Positions 58,087-64,000 of a stretch of DNA of 64,000 nt are shown piece by piece. The stretch's first letter is position 1. Every line of letters starts with the position of its first letter. Made by a program: the position numbers and the translations under genes. Below the pieces are notes generated by a model. The model worked only from the letters and a program-made list of their open reading frames with translations. It searched no databases and had not been told where the DNA came from. This stretch comes from an uncultured Thermoleophilia bacterium (GTDB taxonomy: Bacteria > Actinomycetota > Thermoleophilia > UBA2241): positions 96,001 to 160,000 of the forward strand of contig CAVPCT010000009.1 of assembly GCA_963702475.1 (NCBI GenBank), written 5' to 3'.

Positions 58087-60785
58087 ACGGCATGAACGAT
58101 GAGGGCAAGGCCGGCGCGCCTGCGGACGCCGGCCCCGGCGCGGCTCCAGCTACGCCCGCCGCGCCCCTCGACACTCGCGGCGACAAGAGCGTCCTCAAGG
58201 CGCTCGGCCTGAGCGGCGGCATCTTCGGCGCCTGCCCGTCCAGCGTGGACGTCAAGGACGGGCGCGTCGTCCGCATCCGCCCGCTCCACTGGGACGACAA
58301 GTACGACCCGGCTACCTTCAACGCCTGGAAGATCGAGAAGAACGGCCACACCCTCGAGCCGCTCTACAAGTCCGTCCCGGCCCCGTGGAGCCTCGCGTAC
58401 AAGAAGCGCACCTACTCGCCGAACCGCATCAAGTACCCGCTCAAGCGCGTGGACTGGGACCCGAACGGCGAGCGCAACACCCACAACCGCGGCGTGAGCA
58501 AGTACGTGCGCATCAGCTGGGACGAGGCCACCGACCTCATCGCCGCCGAGATCCGCCGCCTCCATGAAGAGTACGGTCCGCTCAGCATCCTCGTCCAGGC
58601 CGACGGCCACGGCGAGTGCAAGATGATCCACGCCCCGCACGGCTGCGCCACGCTGCTGCTCGACAAGATGGGCGGCTTCACCCAGCAGGTCCGCAACCCG
58701 GACAGCTGGGAGGGCTGGTACTGGGGCTCCAAGCACGTGTGGGGCAAGGGCTTCATCGGGATGATGGCGCCCAACGACAACCTCGTGAAGGACATCTCCG
58801 AGAACAGCGATATGGTCGTCGTCTGGGGCGGCGATCCGGAGACCACCACGTGGGGCTTCCGCGGCCAGTTCGCCAGCCGCCTGTTGTTCTTCTGGAACGA
58901 CATCGGCCTCAGACAGGTCTACATCAACCCGGACCTGAACTACGCGGCCGCCATCCACGCCGACAAGTGGATCCCGATCCTGCCCAACACCGACGCGGCG
59001 CTGCAGCTCGCGCTCATGTACGTGTGGATCACCGAGGATACGTACGACAAGGAGTACGTGGAGACCCACACGGTGGGCTTCGACAAGATGAAGGCCTACG
59101 TGCTGGGCGAGGAAGACGGCGTCGCCAAGACGCCCAGGTGGGCCTCGGAGAAGTGCGGCGTGCCGCCGTGGACCATCAAGGCCCTGGCCCGCGACTGGGC
59201 CACGAAGGCCGTCACCATCGGCCACTACTTCGGCGGCGGGCTGGCGCGCGGGCCGTACTCTCATGAGCCCGCGCGGCTCGAGGTCGTCCTGCTGGGCATG
59301 CAGGGCCTGGGCAAGCCCGGCGTGCACCAGGCCCAGATCGCCTATACCGGTATGCCCAAGAACGTGATCACCGGAGGCGCCGACCACATGGGGCCCTTTG
59401 CCCACCTCACGGCGACGCCGGCCGGCGACCGTCTGCTCAAGCCCCACAAGGGCACCCCGACGGCGTGGGGCAAGCAGATGATCCCCAAGACGCTCATCGA
59501 GGCGGCCATCAAGCACGGCACCGTGGACTTCTGGGGCACCGGCGGTCACGAGGAGCCGACCTCCGACCAATACAGGAAGTACACGTACCCGATCGCCAAG
59601 GAGGACGGCGGCACCGAGATCCACATGATGTGGACCGACACGCCCTGCCGCACGACCTGCTGGAACTGCGGCAACGACGTCGTCGAGGCCATGCGCAATC
59701 CCAAGATCGAGTTCGTGCTGGCGCAGCACCCGTGGCTGGAGAACGACACCCTGTTCTCCGACATCATCCTGCCGGTCAACACCACGCTCGAGGTGGACGA
59801 CATCAGCCCGTGCATCCGCGAGGGCGACAGCTTCCAGAGCGTCATCCTGATGCGCAAGGCTGTGGAGCCCATCGGCGAGTCCCGCAGCGACTTCGAGGCC
59901 GTGTGCGCCATCGCCGAGAAGCTCGACATGCTCGAGGCGGTCACCGACGGCTTCTCGGTGGAGGACCTGCAGCGCATCACCTACGAGGGCATGAAGTTCG
60001 ACTCTGTGGTGCCGTGGGACGAGTTCGCGGAGAAGGACTACTGCGTGCTGCCGGTCGCGCCCGACTGGGAGAAGTGGCCGGCGGGCCTGTACGAGTTCTA
60101 CGCCGACCCTGAGGGTCACCCGCTGCCCACGCCGACCGGCAAGCTCGAGTTCTACTCGGCGAGCCTGGCGCAGGCGTTCCCGACCGACGAGGAGCGCCCG
60201 CCGTACCCCAAGTGGGTGGAGAAGGGCATCACCCACGACGAGCGCATCTCGAGCACGCGGGCGAAGGCGTATCCGCTGCTCGTGATGTCCAACCACGGGC
60301 GCTGGCGCACGCACGCGCAGGGCGACGACATCCCGTGGACGCGCGAGGCCCTCACCTGCAAGGTCAAGGGCTTCGACGGCTACCTGTACGAGCCGTGCTG
60401 GATGCACCCGTCCGACGCCGAGGCGCGAGGGATCAAGGGCGGCGACATCGTCCAGGTCTACAACGAGCGCGGCGGCGTGCTCTGCGGCGCCCTTGTGTGG
60501 GAGCGCATCATGCCGGGCGTGCTGTCCATCGACCACGGCGCCCGCGCCGACTACATCATCCCGTGCAAGCTGGACCGCGGCGGCGCCATCAACGTCATCG
60601 CCCCGGAGGGGCTGACGTCCAAGCACGCCGCCGGCCAGGCCACGAGCGGCTACCTCGCCGACGTCGAGCGCGTGTCCATGGCGCAGATGGAGCAGTGGAT
60701 GCGCGACTACCCCGAGGCGTTCCAGCGCGAGTACGACCCGGCTTCGGGTCTGCGCTTCAACGCCTGGGTCCAGGAAGGGAGGTGA
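58083..60785 (+). CDS. Transhydroxylase-family Mo-bisPGD large subunit, 'DGHG' subtype
   Basis: QADGHGECK, NPDSWEGWYWG, RGPYSHEP, SNHGRWRTH; paralog of 17888..20518. Confidence 0.9.
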   Translation: MNGMNDEGKAGAPADAGPGAAPATPAAPLDTRGDKSVLKALGLSGGIFGACPSSVDVKDGRVVRIRPLHWDDKYDPATFNAWKIEKNGHTLEPLYKSVPAPWSLAYKKRTYSPNRIKYPLKRVDWDPNGERNTHNRGVSKYVRISWDEATDLIAAEIRRLHEEYGPLSILVQADGHGECKMIHAPHGCATLLLDKMGGFTQQVRNPDSWEGWYWGSKHVWGKGFIGMMAPNDNLVKDISENSDMVVVWGGDPETTTWGFRGQFASRLLFFWNDIGLRQVYINPDLNYAAAIHADKWIPILPNTDAALQLALMYVWITEDTYDKEYVETHTVGFDKMKAYVLGEEDGVAKTPRWASEKCGVPPWTIKALARDWATKAVTIGHYFGGGLARGPYSHEPARLEVVLLGMQGLGKPGVHQAQIAYTGMPKNVITGGADHMGPFAHLTATPAGDRLLKPHKGTPTAWGKQMIPKTLIEAAIKHGTVDFWGTGGHEEPTSDQYRKYTYPIAKEDGGTEIHMMWTDTPCRTTCWNCGNDVVEAMRNPKIEFVLAQHPWLENDTLFSDIILPVNTTLEVDDISPCIREGDSFQSVILMRKAVEPIGESRSDFEAVCAIAEKLDMLEAVTDGFSVEDLQRITYEGMKFDSVVPWDEFAEKDYCVLPVAPDWEKWPAGLYEFYADPEGHPLPTPTGKLEFYSASLAQAFPTDEERPPYPKWVEKGITHDERISSTRAKAYPLLVMSNHGRWRTHAQGDDIPWTREALTCKVKGFDGYLYEPCWMHPSDAEARGIKGGDIVQVYNERGGVLCGALVWERIMPGVLSIDHGARADYIIPCKLDRGGAINVIAPEGLTSKHAAGQATSGYLADVERVSMAQMEQWMRDYPEAFQREYDPASGLRFNAWVQEGR

Positions 60786-60787
60786 CC

Positions 60788-61618
60788 GTGGGCAAGGTCT
60801 TCGTCATCGACGTCGGCAGGTGCAACGGCTGTCACTCGTGCCAGGTCGTCTGCAAGGACGAGCACGTGGCCAACGACTGGACGCCGTACGCCAAGCCGCA
60901 GCCCGAGGTCGGTCAGTTCTGGATCGAGCTCACCGAGCGGGTGCGGGGCACGGTGCCCAAGGTCAAGGTGGCCTACCGCCCGCACCTCTGCATGCACTGC
61001 GACAACGCCCCGTGCATGACCTCATGCACGGTGCCCGGCGCCCTGTACAAGCGCGCCGACGGGCTGGTCATCATCGACCCGGTCAAGTGCACCGGGTGCA
61101 AGAACTGCGTGGACGCGTGCCCGTACGGCACCATCTTCTTCAACGACAACCTCAACATCGCCCAGAAGTGCACCGGCTGCGCCCATCTGCTGGACGACGG
61201 CTGGGCCGAGCCGCGCTGCGCCGACGCCTGCCCGACGCTGGCCATCAAGCTGCTGGAGGAGGACGAGGCGAAGGCACAGGGGCTGCTCGACGGCGCCGAG
61301 GTCTGGAAGCCGGAGCGCGCGGAGGAGCTCAGGCCGCGCGTGTACTACCGCAACCTGCCGAAGAAGTTCATCGCCGGCACGCTCTACGACCCGGCGGAGG
61401 AGGAGGTCGTGATCGGCGCGACGGCGACGCTGACGGCGGCGGACGGTGGGGGAGAGGCGCTGACCGCCGAGACCGACGCCTACGGCGATTTCTGGTTCGA
61501 GGGCCTCGAGGACGGCGTGTACGACCTGGAGCTGAAGCACGACGGCCAGGCCGTGAGCTTCGCCGGCCTGGACGCCGCCGCGGCCGACATCAACCTGGGG
61601 GACATCCCGCTGGTGTGA
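60788..61618 (+). CDS. Transhydroxylase small subunit-like FeS protein (16 cluster Cys)
   Basis: CNGCHSCQVVC, CMHC..PCMTSC, CTGCKNCVDACP, CTGC..CADACP; TDAYGDFWF tail; paralog of 17079..17888. Confidence 0.88.
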   Translation: MGKVFVIDVGRCNGCHSCQVVCKDEHVANDWTPYAKPQPEVGQFWIELTERVRGTVPKVKVAYRPHLCMHCDNAPCMTSCTVPGALYKRADGLVIIDPVKCTGCKNCVDACPYGTIFFNDNLNIAQKCTGCAHLLDDGWAEPRCADACPTLAIKLLEEDEAKAQGLLDGAEVWKPERAEELRPRVYYRNLPKKFIAGTLYDPAEEEVVIGATATLTAADGGGEALTAETDAYGDFWFEGLEDGVYDLELKHDGQAVSFAGLDAAAADINLGDIPLV

Positions 61619-61764
61619 CGGCGGCCACAGTCTGACTCATCGCATGCGGACCTTTCGCCGCCGGGGGTTGCCACCGCGACCCGGATGGGTAACCCTCGCT
61701 GCAGCGCCGCTGCGTGAGCGCGGCGATTCCTGTACTCGATCGGTCGCGTGGAAGGGAGCCCGGG

Positions 61765-62160
61765 ATGTCAGGCTGGGAGAAGGTCGCCGGTAGCGACGAG
61801 AAGGACCCCATCAAGCTCGCCGAGAGCGGCGAGAAGCAGCAGTGGTCCTTTCACGGCCACGTCTTCGAGTTCGAGTGCCGTCAGGCACCGCACAAGTACA
61901 CGCTGATCCCCAACGGCGTGCAGCTCGAGGTCAGCATCGTCGAGACGGCTGCCGGCGACCCGGCGAGGCCCATCCAATGCACTGAGACCGTGCTCCAGGG
62001 CAACGATGGTGCGGAGCTCCTCAGTGACTTCGACGAGTACGCACGCATCAACGCCGAGGCGAAGATGCGGGAGATCTTCGCGTACGCCGGCAAGATGGTG
62101 CTCGCGCAGGAGGAGCTGAAGCGGCTGTACGATCCGGAGCCTGTCGCTGAGGAGGCCTGA
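61765..62160 (+). CDS. Hypothetical protein
   Basis: Host-like codon usage, ATG after GGGAG; no recognised motif. Confidence 0.6.
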   Translation: MSGWEKVAGSDEKDPIKLAESGEKQQWSFHGHVFEFECRQAPHKYTLIPNGVQLEVSIVETAAGDPARPIQCTETVLQGNDGAELLSDFDEYARINAEAKMREIFAYAGKMVLAQEELKRLYDPEPVAEEA

Positions 62161-62220
62161 TCGGGCGCACCTGCGCGTGCTGCTCGGCAGGGACGTCGTG
62201 CTCGGCCGCTGAGAACGCGG

Positions 62221-62256
62221 GAGCGGGCCGGGCGCCTCGCGGCGCCCGGCCCGCTC
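62221..62256. terminator. 16-bp perfect hairpin between convergent genes
   Basis: GAGCGGGCCGGGCGCC-tcgc-GGCGCCCGGCCCGCTC. Confidence 0.65.
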
Positions 62257-62265
62257 TTCCAGACG

Positions 62266-63480
62266 TTACTGCACGACCACAGTCCCGTGGTGGCACTGCG
62301 GGCCCATCCAGCACTCCCACTCGTAGGAGCCGGGAGCCAGGCCTGTGGTGTGCCAGGTGAGCGGGTCGGGGTAGGCCTTCGTCTTGGTGAGGTCGCTCGC
62401 CGTGGTGAAGTACATCGTGCGCCAGCAGGCCATCCTGGTGCCGGTGAAGACGATGTCGACCGGCGTGTTGGCCGACACCTGCGTGATCGAGTCGTGCGGG
62501 TCCGAGTCGATGGTCACCTTCTGGGGCGCACCGTCTACCACGAGCTTGCCGTAGTGGCACTCGTCCATCCAGCACTTCCAGGAGTAGCTGCCGTAGTCCA
62601 GGCCGGCCGTGTACCAGACGAGGGGATCGGCGCTGGTCTGCGCGAAGACGCGCGTCTCGAAGGCGATGCTCCGGTCGCAGCCCATGCCCTCGGAGGAGAC
62701 GTCACCGAAGGAGACGTAGGCAGGCAGGTACGGCAGGGCGTGCGTGTCGGCGTGGGACGTCTTGTCGATCGCGATGTCCTGGGCGACCACCAGACAGCCG
62801 GTGCCCCACTTGGGCATGGCGTCGCGCATCCAGTCGTAGCGGCCCGGTGCCAGCCCTGAGGTGCGCCAGACCAGCCCATCGGTGTCGGCCTTCTCGAAGT
62901 CGCCCCAGATGAAGTGCGCGGCGCCGTTCTTCTTGGGGTCGTTGGAGGTCCAGTCGGAGGGGGTGCTGAACACGACCTCGAGCGGCGTGTTCGCGGGGGC
63001 GACCGTGTCCCGAAGCGCTGCAGTCAGCCAGCCGTTCACGTTGGAGTCGACGTGGACCTGCAGGATGGCCTTCTCGACGTCGAAGCTCGTCATGTCGGAC
63101 CGCTTGACGAGCTTGCCGCCGCGGTACTGGTAGGCGCGGACGGCGTACTCGCCCTCGGCCGGGACTGTCATGCGGGACGAGTACGCGGTGCCAGCCGTGC
63201 CGGCGGGCGGCTTGGCGAGCGCGGCGCGGTGCGTGTCTGTGAGGTCCCACTGTCCGTCGTCGCGCATGTACAGCTTGACCTCGACGGTGGCGCGCGACGA
63301 TGCGGTCGATGCCGGCGTGATCACGCCGGAGACGGTGAAGGGCTCGCCGGCGACGGGCGCTGTGGAGAGCTTCGGTGTGCTGACCTTGTAGGTCACGCGC
63401 GCCTGTGCCACAGCGGGCAGGACTCCGACCAAGGCAAGCACGAGCGCCGCCAGCAGCAGTCGCTTCACGGGACGTGACAT
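62266..63480 (-). CDS. Secreted protein with Ig-like N-terminal region and three cupredoxin-like repeats
   Basis: Signal peptide (KR + hydrophobic + AQA); repeats PANTP..V.F and W.T.GL..G.Y.W.CWM..CH.G.LVV. Confidence 0.6.
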   Translation of the reverse strand: MSRPVKRLLLAALVLALVGVLPAVAQARVTYKVSTPKLSTAPVAGEPFTVSGVITPASTASSRATVEVKLYMRDDGQWDLTDTHRAALAKPPAGTAGTAYSSRMTVPAEGEYAVRAYQYRGGKLVKRSDMTSFDVEKAILQVHVDSNVNGWLTAALRDTVAPANTPLEVVFSTPSDWTSNDPKKNGAAHFIWGDFEKADTDGLVWRTSGLAPGRYDWMRDAMPKWGTGCLVVAQDIAIDKTSHADTHALPYLPAYVSFGDVSSEGMGCDRSIAFETRVFAQTSADPLVWYTAGLDYGSYSWKCWMDECHYGKLVVDGAPQKVTIDSDPHDSITQVSANTPVDIVFTGTRMACWRTMYFTTASDLTKTKAYPDPLTWHTTGLAPGSYEWECWMGPQCHHGTVVVQ

Positions 63481-63837
63481 GGCTTCCTCCCAACGTCGCG
63501 GCGCCGGGTGCGGCCCCGGCGCCTCCCCAATGCATAGGACAGCGTGCATAGGCGAGCATATATCATTGTGCGTAGCTTCCTTCCGCCTGTTGGCGTTGAC
63601 TGCCGCCGAGGAGTCAGACCCGCGTGCGGTTCAGCGGTCGTCGGGCCGCGCTCGACCGTCGTCTCTGGGGCGACCAGTAACGTGCAGGTCGACGTACTCA
63701 GCGAGGCCACGCCGAGCGACGCGGAGAGTCCGGCGACGGTCGGGATGGCGTCGCTGGAGGCGGGGCGTTGCCGTTTGTCCACCCTGCGCGGCCGCAACGG
63801 CGTTGCCGCCGTCAGGGCGACTCCGTATCATCGGGTC

Positions 63838-64000
63838 ATGAGCATGCCTGCCATCGACATCGAGAAGCTCGCGCCGGAGGAGCGCCTGGAGCTCATCTCA
63901 GAGCTATGGGAGAGTCTCCGCGCAATACCTGAGACCGTGGCTCTCACACCTGCGCAGCGAACCGAGCTCAAGCGACGGCTCGACGAGCTCGACAGCGGCA
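63838..64000 (+). CDS. Putative addiction module component (unstable antitoxin), 3' truncated
   Basis: MSMPAIDIEKLAPEERLELISELWESL..LTPAQRTELKRRL; absent from the ORF track because it runs off the window. Confidence 0.75.
   Translation, partial: MSMPAIDIEKLAPEERLELISELWESLRAIPETVALTPAQRTELKRRLDELDSG

Noticed and set aside
9998-61618. Selenocysteine read-through in the Mo enzymes
   Set aside because: The ligand positions are Ser (PDSW) or Cys (YVCH) codons; the breaks are frameshifts, not in-frame TGA.

Overview
High-GC bacterial window, probably an anaerobic actinobacterium such as Thermoleophilia (inferred from codon style, lipoprotein SBPs and gene content, not verified). It is dominated by anaerobic catabolic genes. 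Many conserved genes carry 1-bp frameshifts that look like long-read assembly errors. The main signal is six molybdopterin (DMSO-reductase family) catalytic subunits in about 52 kb. Five belong to the pyrogallol-phloroglucinol transhydroxylase (AthL) family with the PDSWEGW Ser-ligand motif and fall into three sequence subtypes. The sixth is a Cys-ligated enzyme resembling acetylene hydratase / catechol dehydroxylases, encoded next to DmsB- and NrfD-like partners. An 'SSHH' subtype with a 3-cluster small subunit and a 'DGHG' subtype with a 4-cluster small subunit occur together twice. Surrounding genes encode two Liv-type ABC importers, IorAB plus an ADP-forming acyl-CoA synthetase, EtfAB plus a FadF-like membrane oxidoreductase, a PhlG-like hydrolase, several enzymes with altered catalytic residues, five regulators, three toxin-antitoxin loci and a secreted triple-cupredoxin-like protein. 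No rRNA, tRNA, CRISPR array or transposase was seen. All assignments come from motif recognition by eye; no database search was run.
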